Positions 1-13,293 of a stretch of 64,000 bases of DNA are shown piece after piece. This DNA is from Balanoglossus misakiensis (lineage: Eukaryota; Animalia; Hemichordata): the NCBI GenBank assembly GCA_040954595.2, contig CM082591.2:6656607-6720606 (forward strand), read 5' to 3'. Numbering within the stretch: the first letter of the stretch is position 1; each line of letters starts with the position of its first letter. A program made the position numbers and the translations under genes. The notes under the pieces were generated by a model. It was not told the origin of the DNA, did no database searches, and saw nothing but the letters and a program-made list of their open reading frames with translations.

Positions 1-1349
1 TTGACATTCAGTGACCACTTCCATCGATCGTCAAGGGAACCGCCATCACGAGTCAGTTTTCTTTCGTCGCTGGTCATTCACGAGTCGACTTTCATCCCCG
101 TTGCTATGCGCTCCACTCAGCTTACAGCGTGACTTCCCCCAAAACATATGGAGATCACTAGCCAGTCAAATATACTTAACCCCGTGCTTGATTGAATAAG
201 CACTTGGGACACGCAGGAGACTTAGACAACTAATTTGACAAGAAAAGGAAAACGCGATATATATGTTGTATAGACTTGCTCGCCTTGAGGTTAGAGCTGA
301 AAATGATACATAGTTTACTGAGAAACGTGTAAACGTTTGGAAGTGGTAACCCTCGAACATTCTGTATTTTCAAATCTCCGTTCATGTTGGTCTGCAGATG
401 CCGGTCACTCTGAAATGCACATTTCTCATGATTCGGATTCAAATCTGCAAATGTGGGACAGCAGCGATGAATCGCGGGGATAGATTTAAACTTACTGTAG
501 CTATGAGCAGCCATTTTTGTCGACTTTAAATTTTAATTTTCTGTGAAATTGGTATTGCAGCCGCATAACAAGAGCGACAATCGAAGCAAGCAGATGGAAT
601 ACAAAACCAAAATGGCGTGCCAAATTTTTGAGATGCGTTCCGTCTACCAGCCTAGAAATTCTGGTTTTACACGTTGACGCCCATCGTTCCAGATTCAAAA
701 TCACCTGGACTGTGTCGAGAGCACCAAAAATGCACAATTCAACAAAATTGTACGGAAAATAGTGGCATGCGGAATTTCCAGCTAACATTACCCCAGTGTC
801 GTCCAATCTTTTATTTTTAATTCACCGCCACGATGGCGCAGCGGGACAGAAATCCCAGCAAAGCCCACGCCCCAGTGAATGTAAACTGCTCCAATCCTGT
901 GGAGCGGCACGCATGCTCTGTTCTCCACATTCAAAACAGGGGGCGTAATGAGAAATTGTTTTTCCTCCTAAAACCTAATTAGACCACTAAAAACAAACAC
1001 ACGATAATTCGAAGTCTGCCCACATCAATCTCAGTCCAGGATTTCAGGTTCAAAGGTCAAGTTGCTTCGTTGATTTCGTGTACAGGTCATTTATATAACT
1101 ACTAAGTACTATCCAGTTGGTTTATCATTGCATGGCTTGTAGCGTAAGTGAAGGCATCCGTTGTACACCCAAAGTTAATTTGTTTACCGAGATATCAAAA
1201 TAATCTAACCGATAATCCTTGAAGTAGGCAGCCTACTAGCAAGCTTGGTACGTGGCTTTGCATCGAATTACACAGCCCTGTAATATAAGATGCCGTGACA
1301 GGGTAAAGTTTAGATTGGATGTGGGCGCCTTGACCCGCGACAAACGTGA

Positions 1350-1350
<1 letters not shown>

Positions 1351-1424
<74 letters not shown>

Positions 1425-1438
1425 GATGATGATGCTCT

Positions 1439-1493
<55 letters not shown>
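1351..1493. repeat. (ATG)n trinucleotide microsatellite with a GTG interruption
   Basis: Direct reading. It is the source of the spurious poly-His/Ile/Met ORFs. Confidence 0.97.
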
Positions 1494-4400
1494 CACGGCG
1501 GTGGTTGTGGTGGCCATCGTCGTTAGCGTCGTAAGTTAACGCCAAACGGATATAAATACATTATTTCTTCAAAAGCGGCAACGTTCATTATGGCGTTGCT
1601 TTTTTTCAAATATTACTCTAATTCTGAGGGGAAAAGAATCTCGAAGTCCTCCACAAGAGAACACACAAATCAGATTCCAGCTTTTCGCGCAACCACAGGC
1701 GCGTTCTTGCTGAACCGTTTTCTCACACTAAAACTGCGAACAGATGGTCACCGGCCTCATTCTGCCAACTTACGACACCCCAAAGCTCCACATGTCGACG
1801 GATCGGGTCGATTCGGACAACATAATTTATAAGTATGTCATTGAAACGCTGGCTGTGATGTAGTGTACATGTGCCAATCGCTTGACTGTGAACCAACAGT
1901 TAGTGTTAGCATATACCCGTATCAAACGGAATTAACCACCACACTACATATCATTAGGATATTTATGATAAGAGATCCCCTTACAATTTGCGTTGATTAG
2001 TTGCGTTTAATGGTTTAACTCACGATGTGAATTGCATCGCGAGAGATATTTAGATCGTCGAAAGAAAAACAAATTAGCGTGAACGCTTGAGCCAGCCGTT
2101 CCCGAGCGCTGCACTGACCGGCTACCGTGGTGACTTTAATCAGCTTAATCCAATACAATTAGACGTTCTTTGTTTTATGTTAGGTCTGGCTGCGAACGCG
2201 ATCTCGTTATCGGCAAAGTGGATGCCAACCCGTGTAAACATTCGCAAACGTTTTAATTGGATGTTTGATCCTAAATTAATTTATTTTATCGGTGATATCG
2301 GGGCGCTGATGAGTTTATCCAACAAATGGTTCGGCTTTGCAGGGATTCGATTGTGGGAAGCAGTTTGAAGCTAGTAAATACATTGTACTGGTTTAGTGGG
2401 AATTGTGTGTTCAGTTTCAACCCATGTTTTCACATATAGTCATTGTCTCGCACTGATACCAGAATTATCGACTCTATCAAATCTCTCTCTTCGCTCTTGT
2501 CTGACACACAAACAATCTCCCTCCCTCCCTCTCTCTTCTCTCTCGCCCCTCTCTCTCTCTCTCCCGCCCACCCTCAGACATCCCTAGTGAGATGACAGAA
2601 ATCGGTTGAACGACGTGCCCCCCCCCTCCGATCACTGAGGCACGCTTCTCCCACTGAACGAAGCAAATCGGGTTCTCAACTATTCACAGCCAAACACAGG
2701 AGGTGGTCAAACGCAGTGATGCACAGTGAAATGTCAAATTTGGAACAAATGAGGATTGACCAACAATGTTAGGCTTCATTAATCAAACAACACAATCATT
2801 CTTGCCCGTATTCTCCCTTCCAATTCATATAACACATAAGATTCCCCTAAGAGGGTCTTCTTCTTCTTCGGGTATCGTACATGTATGCGTTGGTGTCTCC
2901 AGATTACCCCCCCCCCCTCTCATTACTGTTTTGACTGTCCCCTGGTATTTCTACACATACCGCCCAACACTGTCCCCCACCTGTCTACACCAAGTCCCCG
3001 CCGACTGTCCTATCTCCCTCATACCCGCGTCTCTATTCCCGCCAAGATTCTGCCCTCCTCCACCCCCAACCAAAATTTCCATCGGACACTGATCATCAAA
3101 CCTGTGCTGAGGTGCGGCGAGTGATAATGGATATGCCGTTTGTAACAGCTGGTGGCTGCCGCCGTTAATTAATGGAAATTACTTACATTTAATACCGCGC
3201 CAAATTGGTTATTTATTTTAATAAGCGTCCGGTGTTTACGCAAAAGTTAACCGAGTTCCACGCATTTCCGATCAACACGTCGAGAGACGTCAATTTAGTC
3301 GTGGCCATCTTGGCCCAACTATTTGCTGAATTGTCGAACAACGTCTGAACAGTTCACTTGATTAAATTACATGGTATCGATAACCGCTCACTATAAGATG
3401 CTATATTTATGCGCTAACTTCATCTGACCATTATTATCTGACATTTTTCAGATGTTTTTTAATCTGTTCGAGTTAAATTTTTGTTATCCGAGGCACTCGT
3501 CGCTCGGTATGACGCTATAAAATGCACTGTTCTTTCCTAATTACATGGGTCATATCGCGCGTTACTGAACCTCAGTTATTGAATTCACTTTCGAATAATA
3601 AAGATCGCAGCAGTGAACGTCGCTAATCAAATACCCCAAGTTCTTTTTAAAATTAACTGTCCGATCCAAATAGCTCAACTATGTGTCCGTCTGACAGCGA
3701 CTGCGTGGCTTCCTAATTCCTGGTCTAATCAGACGAAGTTGGTCGCTCATTGCAGGGGGGGCGCACAGCCCACCCCTCGCCGCTTCATCGTTGAATACGT
3801 AGAGAATTGAGCTTCTAACTCTCTGGGGGTATTTGCCGAGTGTTGCAAATGCCGTTCCAGTGTCTCGACCGAGCTGAAGGTGGGGTTACAATAATAACTT
3901 GCGATATTACAAAACCTAGATAGTCTAACAGCAGAGGCCTGGCCGCGCTACAAGTGTGAAACATAAGCAGTAGCAAAACCGCATACTTTCCAATTGACGA
4001 TCAAAATATTTGCTGAGGGAATTATATTATATTTATGATATAATCCAGTAAGAATGACAAAAGAATGTTTGGTAGCCGCAACTTATGATTAACAGATTAA
4101 GGCTGTTGTGACAGAGATGTGACAGAAAGGCATTCTACTGGCCACCAAACTACAAGCAGTTTGCCGCCAAAATTTTCTGAAAATAATTCGACAAAAATTG
4201 TTCAGAGAGTGAAGAAACCGCATCCCAGCCATTGTACATAACTTGTGAGTTATTTTCTACCAAAATTAACGGCAGATTGGAATTTATTCAGTCTACTGTC
4301 CGACTCGGACGCCATCGATCGCGGTGGAACTCTTTCGGCGTCAAAGTTTTGGCGCCATGTTTGTGCTCATTTCACAGAAACATTTGCTCTCAACGTTTAG

Positions 4401-4712
4401 AAATGTTCGCTTCCTATGCAATGATGCCTTCTGGTTAATATTTGATTTACTCCGGAACGAAAATTCGTCAAATACTGACCTGTCCTACCGTTATGCCGAA
4501 CACACAATGAGAAACTCCCCGAGAAGCGTGTTCTATTTTGACAATGTCGGGCTATTAGTTTGACGGGACGTGGCGAATGTGAAACATCACTGTTCTGATT
4601 CAAGTGTCATTTTCCTGTCAATTTAAAATTAATTTTTACTGACCAAACACCGAAATCCAAATATTATTTTTTTCGACGGGTACAATGTGTCCACCGTAGA
4701 AGAGTGCTTACA

Positions 4713-4816
4713 AACAGACAGACAGACAGACAGGCAGACAGACAGACAGAAACACATACACACTCAGAGAGAGAAAGAGGCAGAGACAGACAGACAGACA
4801 TAGAGACAGACAGACA
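4713..4816. repeat. Degenerate (CAGA)n/(GA)n microsatellite
   Basis: Direct reading. Confidence 0.85.
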
Positions 4817-5581
4817 AACCGACTGTAGCCCCGAAATTCAACAAAACACACTCGTTTTTGCTGATGTATCACATTGCCCATAAAACTAATGACGGAAACA
4901 GTTCATTTTACGGATTATATTTAACGGTACACCAGCCACCTCGAAAACTGCCAGGCGAACCTTTCAATTGTGCAAGGTGACTGTTTATTCCATTAATCCT
5001 TAACCCCACTTCCTGAAGGGGGCGAAGCACAGACAATAGGGGCACCAACCATCGTCAACTTCTGTACAAAATCTGTGAACTTTATCGGCGACTCATTAAG
5101 GGTGTACGGCAACGATGGAATAACTGTCAAGCTCTGACAAACCGTTTATTATTAATTATTGCGAGATGAACTCATGGGTTCCGAAACTCAGATGCGTTTA
5201 AACGACATCAATTACCGCCCGAGTATCTAGTGTGCTTTTGACAAGGCAAATTATTGGTTGACCTGAGAGTCCATCCATCAGCGGACGGAGAAAGGAAATA
5301 CTTTAATGGGAGTTGAAACGAAACGAAACACTGGACGACAATCAAAAGACGAATTTTGGCATAGACGCAGTGCGCCGAGATGAACCCGTCACTTTTTTTA
5401 TGAGAGAAAACCGCCTTCCATCAAATTGATCGCTGTTTCGCATTAATATTCCCTGCAAGGGTGATGCCGCAGTCGGATGTAAGCGGTTCATGGGGACGGT
5501 GCCTGGACGTTTTATCGGGGTTTTTATAGCTGTTTTTATAAAACAGAAACCGTTCGATCATATCCCGGGATATATTATTAA

Positions 5582-5926
5582 AGGGACAAAGTCTCTCTCT
5601 CGCTGCCCTTTTTTCATTAATTATGTTTGATACAAGACACCGTTTGTTATTCTACATGTGGATATATAGTGAATCAACGTTCAACCACACACAACTTCCA
5701 TCCCTCTTATAGACAAGAGAGTGAAAAAACTCGCCAAAATGAATAATCGTTCTTTACCATTTATTCATTTTGGGCGAGTTTTTACTCTCATATCATACAC
5801 GTGGGATGGAAGTTTTGTGTGGTTGATCATTGATTCACTATATATCCACTTTTACATTAACATAACCAGTGTCTTGTATCAAACATAATTAATGAAAAGG
5901 GGCAGCTGGAGAGAGACTTTTTCCCT
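5582..5926. mobile_element. Palindromic non-autonomous DNA transposon (MITE family A, Kolobok/T2-like), copy 1
   Basis: TTAA|AGGGACAAAGTCTCTCTC...GAGAGACTTTTTCCCT|TTAA. Almost the whole element is an inverted repeat. Other copies are at 19540 and 22518. TTAA TSD with AGG termini is typical of T2/Kolobok MITEs. Confidence 0.88.
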
Positions 5927-5930
5927 TTAA

Positions 5931-6290
5931 AGGGACATTAGCTGTAACTTTGGGGTTTATTTTTATTTCCAGTATTTTTCAGTGTCGCGTGTACCAAATG
6001 CACAACTCTTTGTACACCAAACAGCATGCTTATATACACAGTACTCCACTTGTCAACATAGCCTGTATGTGTGTAACGGTCATTATTATTGTTGACAAAT
6101 GAATTTTAGTCCGGACTTGAATTCAAATTTCGCACAATAACAGTGATATACATGTATGTATACATATGTAGGCTGTATTAATAAGGTGAATGAATACTGG
6201 GCGTTGCAACATGCTTCAGAGATTTGACTTTTGTAGATACTCAAAACAAAAATACTAAAAACATAGCGAAATATTACAGCAGAGTTTTAA
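5931..6290. mobile_element. TTAA-flanked MITE family B, directly abutting MITE A
   Basis: Starts AGGGACATTAGCTGTAACTT right after the TTAA at 5927-5930. Internally similar, in inverted orientation, to 15161-15508. Right end is degenerate. Confidence 0.65.
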
Positions 6291-8987
6291 AGAAATCTGT
6301 AAAACCATATCGAAAACATCATGTTGCCGTTGACACTCACGCATATTAGTATAATTATTGGAGTACTTTAAGTTGATTATTTTATACATCTGTTTTCGAC
6401 GGACCTCATCGCCCACACCATCTTTGGCATATTCTCTTGTGTTTACTAATAACTTGTAGAATTTTTATTAATATCACAGAGATCAGAAATATTTGAAGAA
6501 GGCTTTCCATTACAGATGTCTTCGATTTGAAATCTGTCGTTAAAATGAAAATGGAGTCCGTACGCATAGCGAACGGTTCTACAGCGACTCGTCGAACGAC
6601 ACCAAGAAATTTTTGCATGGCGCCAAACTGCGTCAATAAGAATGTCAAAAGGTATATAAGTTATGGACATATTATTTTAAAGGAGATAAAATGTAATAAT
6701 TTTAATAACAATATTTGCGTATTTTACGATGCAGCTCTCTATTTCTAATGTCATGCACTGGCTTATAACCAAACTATATTTTTTATATTTTAAGAAATAC
6801 TTTGCCTTTCGCGACACATAAATTATATTTATTGTGCCATCAAATAAAACTTAATTATTGAGCAAAATATTAGGCAATGTAGTTGTTATTGGGTTACTTT
6901 TAAAAACATTTTATTGACATATCATTTTTCTGGTGTTGAGTTTTTCTAAAACTATGATAGAGACATTAGATTTTATTCCATATTGCGTAAAATCGTTTAT
7001 CGCGGCAACTATGGATTTTTTGGGCCTTTTTTTGCGGGTAAGACATAATTTTGATACCATAATTTATAAGTAAGTATCAGCTTTCGGCTTTAAGAGACAG
7101 TATCAGTAGCTTTTAATATTTTTTCTAAAGACGATATTTTTTGTTCTACCGCTGCAGCTGTTTGGCGCGTTTGTGCTGATAATCCAGGGGTCCTGGCTTC
7201 AAATTCAATTGTTAAAGAAAAGCGTTGTATAGTTCTCATATCCAGACTATGCTGGCAAGCAGAATTCTTGTCGTTTATGATTTAGTTGTAAGGGAGAACT
7301 GTCGTTTACACAACGTGTGATAATACAGAAAATATAGCAAACTGGGAGCCATGGTCCCTCTTGACATTACGGCACAACATACGAACTTGAAAGGTTGGCT
7401 CTACGAGAACGCATGTCCCGGCAGAGTGCTCGGCCGTGTAAGACTATGATACGCCGCGGAAGGCCGTGGCCCGGCCGAGCAAGAGCAGCCCGGACCGACG
7501 TACTCGTAGGACCAACCACGCGTGCTCCCAAATATCTCCAGTTCATAACAGAAACCTGATTGGGTGTTTTGTTATATTAATACTATATGTTTAGGCTACC
7601 AATGGGTTTATGCCTTCTTCTTTTTTACAAAATTCAGAAAATTGTAAATAACGTTCATATTGGGTTAAATTTCCCGCCTTTAAAAGTCTTCTGGGCAAAA
7701 CATTATCCGTATAGAAGATTGTGACTTCCACAATGTACTAGTATTCAATAAGTTTATCATTTCGACTGTGTACAGTTCAAACACTAGCTAAAATGCGGGC
7801 GGAAGTTTGGCCAAACGGAAAATTACATTAAATTTACTGATTATTTCACACGATTTGAGGTTTTAATTCGAGGAACGTGATGTAAGTACACACAGTGCAA
7901 CTTTAATTTTAAATTTTTATATGTCGTGTATTATTTCTCGTCGGGGGTTGTTAATTAGTAGAATACTAGTATGTCATCAGAATTATTCCCGCAACATTTT
8001 GCTAAGACGGAAGCAAATTGATGTAAACATAAAGCTTAACTCTATTCGATATCACAAGTTCTGTATACAGCTGTCGTATTAAACAAAAAGGCTTTACTAC
8101 ACTGGAAAGTATAAATTGGACGCACGACCTAAGAAACTTCGTTTGTGAACGTTTCATATAATAATAGTTTAATATTTTTGACGATTCGCTTATGTCCTGA
8201 TCTTAAAGATTCAGGATATATAGTGACAAACGTTGTGGGCAAAAAAGCTTTGACTGATACGCACATGAGGAAATAAAAGTCGCTGTACTGTATACTGTAT
8301 ATCTAAACCAAATGTTGATAACATGTTACTTAATGCGTATAAACAATGTTAGCCATTCCGGAGTAAATTGTTTATTTGTTTGATTTCAATTGTTTATTGC
8401 TGTTTCGACACTGTGTCACGCTGGGCGCGCATCGCAAGGAAAATGGCTGCAGCAATGTAGATATACGCGCTGGCATTGGAAGTTTTAGTGAAGATAGGTC
8501 TGTACGGGAACTCTAAATTCAAATCAACGGGACAACAGGACAGTATACACGGCCAACAGAGTAAATTGTAAAAAAAAATGTTACGTATAGACCAGGGCAG
8601 TTGTAAACAGTTCATTACCATGATCTAGGCAAGGGTGCCTTTGTTGAACATTTTTCCGAGAAATGTCACTGTCATGCATCGCGGACCTACTCAAAATCGG
8701 CTACAACATAACCAATATTTTACAGTGCAATTTTGCATGAAAGTTCATAAATTTTTATTGTGTGCAACTTCGTGCCAAGCGACAAACGCACTTTGAAGGA
8801 CACGGGCTGAGAGTCAGTCTAGTACCTAGCCAAAATTTTGTCCGCTTTGCTTCCAAAACTATAGGCTTCCAAAACTATAGTTTTGGAAGCAAAGCGGACA
8901 ACATTTCGGCTAGGTACTAGACTAGCTGAGAGTATGTTACATATTACTGTTATAAGATGGACGAGTTTGAGAGACAGACTGACAAAC

Positions 8988-9316
8988 CTGTACTCGGGCT
9001 TCGGTGAGATCGCATCGCAGCGCCAACTGTTCGCGGCAGTAGACGTCCGGATAGTGCGTGCGCTGAAACACTTTCTCCATCTCGTCCAGTTGAAAACTGG
9101 TGAACGTCGTCCGGTTCCGTCGCTTCTTCCTCTTGTTGCTTTCCGCGCCCTCGCCGCTCTCTTGACCGCCATCTTTGGCGTCTTCTGGGTCCGTGCTCAC
9201 ACTTTCCTTGTCGTTCTCCTCGCCGTCCGCGTCTCTTTCCTCGGTGTTATTGTTTTTGTCCTCCGCCATGACCGTCTGCTTGTCTTTGACTTCGGTCATC
9301 TCCTCCCGCGCCCTGT
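8988..9316 (-). CDS. alx: Alx-family (Alx1/Alx4/Cart1-like) PRD-class homeobox gene, exon with acidic linker and homeodomain residues 1-46
   Basis: Encodes [49 protein letters not shown]. Acceptor ttatatccag|AC at 9316. Donor CAG|GTTTGT at 8988 is the canonical PRD-class intron between homeodomain codons 46/47. The downstream VWFQNRR exon was not found, so it is probably left of base 1. Confidence 0.93.
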
Positions 9317-10882
9317 CTGGATATAATCAAACAAGAACCCGTTGTACCTTATCCACGCCACCTATATACTATTACCATGGTTACGTAATCGCCCAGATAA
9401 ACCACTTCTAGACGTCCTAATTAAAGACAGGAGTAGGATAAACAGACAACGTGGCGATTGGTAAAAGCTCTTCATCGAAAGAAAATTGTAAAAATAATTA
9501 AATCGTCAACGAAGAAAGAGCGACCGGATCACGTCAAACATTTCTGTCTCCATAATAATTAATTGATAAATTGTGTTTAATTGCGACACGGATATGCATA
9601 ATCTAATTGACACAAGAAAATTTGTTCTCTATTTCGCATATCTCTGAGTTGTTTTCGCATTAAACCCAGGCTCCCGACTTCCCCGTTGAAGAACGAATCT
9701 GTCACACGGATCGTAGCATGCACGCATATCCCAATTGTATGAAAAGAACATTTATTTCGATTTTTAAGTTTTGCCCTGCGCTTCCAATGCGCAATTATGA
9801 CGTCATCACAATTATATTCCTTCAAGTTGTCTCTCATCACATGTTACGAAATTCCCAGACTATTTCAAGCGCTGGTGGTTGTGTGCTGTTGTCTTAAAAC
9901 AAGCAATTTCATGCTTATTATACATTGCCCCCAAGCTCTCGTTCGGTCTTTTCCCTGGTTGTACTCATGTAGTTTTATTTGTTAAGACCATTAATTTTCC
10001 CCATAATTGTAACACGGAAATTTGGTTTTCCTTCACGTAAAATTCTCCGTGGCATGTATATGATTTTAGCCCTCACATAAACTTCTCGCATGGTGTAAAG
10101 ATTCTAAACTAAACGATTCCGCGATTATAGCAAATATATTTCGACTAAACGCTAGTCTAGAATATTGAGTTCGAACGCACTGAGAAGAAACTTGAAGACG
10201 GCCACGCCGTGCAATGTAAGAAACACAACCAATATCCCAGCGAGAAAACAAACGCGCCGCTGTGACAGGACACCGCCTGTTCAGTCAACTCGCGACTCCT
10301 GTCAAAGCCAGGGTGAAGTCTGGGGGTGGTTGTTCACATGTCACCAGAGAAAAGTTCCCATCGCCATGTATTCTCTCTCTCCCTACACTATACAGTGACT
10401 GTGTACCCACATCTGGTGCGCGGACCATGTAGTGGCGTTTCCATGCCAATATGCGCAGAAAAAAAACACGCAGAATGCAGAGAATGTCCTCTGCTTATAT
10501 CATTTCCGCACCCGACATACTTGCAACTCCCCGGGGACAAGTCACTTTGCTCAGCCTATTTCCAACATCCCATCCCGTTTCCTTTAGAAAATAAAACGCG
10601 AAATTGTTCATTACCAACGCAACCCCAGTAAAAATAAAACTCTGTCATGTTTTTCATGCACGGCATTTTGTGACCACGGTTGTTGCGGTTTATAGTATTC
10701 CATTAATTTAATAGCCGATCGTTGCCATTATAGTTGTTACTTATGCGATATTGTTAATCGAAGCTCGACTTGTACGACAAGCGTGGATGAGCGCTCGCGG
10801 GGAAACCACTGCGATTATACCGTCCGAAGATGTTTAAAATCGCTGGTTCCAGCGATGGGTTTCCGCTAGAGCCCTTACAAAC

Positions 10883-10893
10883 TAATCAAATTA
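10883..10893. promoter_or_regulatory. P3 palindromic paired-class homeodomain dimer site in Alx intron 1
   Basis: TAATCAAATTA matches TAATYNRATTA. Function is inferred only. Confidence 0.35.
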
Positions 10894-11705
10894 ATTATGT
10901 TCATATACTTTGTTCTCATCTGAGACGGCCGCGTAACGATAGCAACGAGGAGGCATGCGCGCCCGAGCAGTTAGGTAAACTTCGTAAGAGTTGACAGTTT
11001 GAACAAAGTGGCTACTTAATGTCAAAATGCAAAATATCTTCAACGATTTGCCTCTGAGCTCTTTCGCAGATGTCTTCGAGAGTAACAATTGCTCCCTCAT
11101 AGATCGGATGACAGAAAGCCATTCGCTAAAACCGTGGCCCATCACATAACAACTCACTCACAGCCCGCTTGTAAAACGCTGGTTACTGTAAACAAATTAA
11201 TAATTAACTCGTGCGGTGAATCTGATTTGATTTGATACGATTTGATACGCCGGCTAGGAGTCGTTGACAATTACTCTCAACTTCGCGCTACTTCCAGACC
11301 CCACTTAAAACACATTTCCGTTTATTTTCTCGTTAAACCGCTGGGTTAGTGCGGAATAAAAGGGCGGGAAAGTGCGCGTTGGAGAAGCGCGCATAAATCA
11401 TGTCGTCTAGAGTGTGTATAAGATACCGTGGGAGAAAATTGGCTTGCACCTGTCCGCTCATGCTCTGAGATTAATTCTCCATCTTGGCTGTCGTTAAACG
11501 TGAGCACGCCATCCAACATATGGAACCGTCAAATTCCAACGCACGGTGGTTTTGAAACTTGTGATTTAGTCACATCGGGGAAACTTTTCGAGATTAGCGG
11601 TGTGTTTACAGAAAATGCAATGTTTGAATAAATAATTAACTTTAGCTTTCAGCGAGTCCAGAAAAAAACACTTTAATATGTTTATTTGGTTGTTTGGCTG
11701 TTTTG

Positions 11706-11706
<1 letters not shown>

Positions 11707-11766
<60 letters not shown>

Positions 11767-11789
11767 CTCTCTCGCTCTCTCTCTCTCTC
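11707..11789. repeat. (CT)n microsatellite
   Basis: Direct reading. Confidence 0.95.
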
Positions 11790-12294
11790 GTTTACTTCTG
11801 AGCACAATACACACACTTCAACATCATTTGGCGTTGACTTTCAAACACACGATAATGAGGTACGCTAACTGTCTATAATTTGTGTACCTATCATAGCGGG
11901 CGGTAATCCCACTGTTTAACACTTTTCAAAGCAAAAAAACAACAACACATAAATTAATAAACGTCAATCAATGACACGATAAGTATTAAGAGAACGGAAA
12001 GTTCATCATTGTGGCGACCACAACGCTACTTTCGAGGTACTATTATATACTCGTTTTGTTTTTTCCCCGCACCGTTCGCTGGAATTTCCCCCACCCCAAT
12101 TCCGCAGCCAGCATCGGAAATTATTACGAGGCACGCGGGAGCGTTAATGGTGCACGGCGCGACTTCCGCGTTCGGGGGAAATGCGCAGTTATCGGGGTTA
12201 TTAGGCGGTGAAGGTTGATACGCCGAGTGTTTTCAACCTGTTGCTGGGGAATATCGCAAATAATGTGACGTTTAACGGGATTTGCTGGACTCAC

Positions 12295-12412
12295 CTGGGC
12301 TTGTACTACCACTGCTTGAGAGCGATGATGATTTGGGTTTAGTATTGCCCAGGATATCATCAATTGTGTGAGTGACGGTACCAGTACTGCCAGCCAAAGT
12401 CGCTCGCTGCAT
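12295..12412 (-). CDS. alx: Alx-family gene, first coding exon (eh1/octapeptide-like motif)
   Basis: ATG at 12412 with an in-frame TAG three codons upstream. Encodes MQRATLAGSTGTVTHTIDDILGNTKPKSSSLSSSGSTSP. The strong phase-1 donor G|GTGAGT at 12295 joins the 9316 acceptor in frame (G+AC=Asp). Not in the ORF track. Confidence 0.8.
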
Positions 12413-12672
12413 CTCTTCCTAGTTGACGTATAAGCACCCTTACACTTGCTAATTAACGCATTCAGATTACCACCATTAAGACAGCTCCGGCAAGCTGTTG
12501 TTAATTTTCACACAACTCGATTTGTCAACTCGGGGGGAACTTCTCAAGCTTAATAGTGAATGAACGGCCTGAGACCTCTTCCCAGCGAACTGCAACATTG
12601 TCTTAACACATGATCATTTGCATATATGCTAATTTCGCCCAATCACTGAATCTGGTTCAAATCAAGCCAGGC

Positions 12673-12683
12673 TAATAAAATTA
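12673..12683. promoter_or_regulatory. P3-type homeodomain dimer site ~260 bp upstream of the Alx ATG
   Basis: TAATAAAATTA (TAAT-N3-ATTA) in a TAAT-rich upstream region. Function is inferred only. Confidence 0.35.
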
Positions 12684-13293
12684 GTTTTCTTTCATGTGTG
12701 CCGCGTTGCTTGTCTATGGCATGACCACTGTGCGATGCGCCGCTGTGAGTTGTATGAACTTTAAATTGGATACGGTGTATTTTTAGTTAGCTCGGTACAT
12801 GTGATACACTGCGCTGCATCAGCAAGTGTTTCAGAAATTTTACAATCGACATACCGCGCGGTATGGTCTTCTCCACTCGATTTATTTCCTCACCGAAAGG
12901 GGTACCAGTGGCTTTCAATCTGCGAGACGTGATAGTTGTTTTGCAACCAACCGACTCAAAAAAATTGGACAGGGTGGACGTCGACGCGTACTACGCCGTA
13001 TCACCATAACATGTCATAATTGGTCTTGCTTCCCACAATATCGTGCATGTCAGTATGATGCTGTGTTCAATTCAGCGACTCGCCGGTCTGCAGCTGGCTA
13101 CATCTCGTTAACCCCAACTGTGAGGGGAAGTCTATCACCAACCTTCCATTCTCTCAACTTTCGCCGTCTTAGTCAAAGCCGTTGTTTTCATAACGTGTTT
13201 CCCCAAGATCATCCAGGCGACCCAATTAATTAAACATAACACGCCGGGCGCAGGCTTACCAAGGAGTCCATATGAAGGACGCGTCCTATACCT

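Noticed and set aside
1195-1545. Poly-His, poly-Ile and poly-Met ORFs
   Set aside because: Translations of an (ATG)n microsatellite, open in several frames with no splice or domain support.
1-8987. Search for the Alx exon beginning VWFQNRRAKW and the OAR exon
   Set aside because: No matching sequence found by eye on the minus strand. It presumably lies left of the window, so Alx1 versus Alx4/Calx identity cannot be decided.
8883-9326. 147-aa + strand ORF
   Set aside because: Antisense shadow of the homeobox exon.
8988-12412. Calling the homeobox gene Rx or Arx because of the octapeptide
   Set aside because: Homeodomain residues ([29 protein letters not shown]) fit Alx, not Rx (AFEKSHYPDVYSREELA...LPEVRVQ) or Arx (RRYRTTF).
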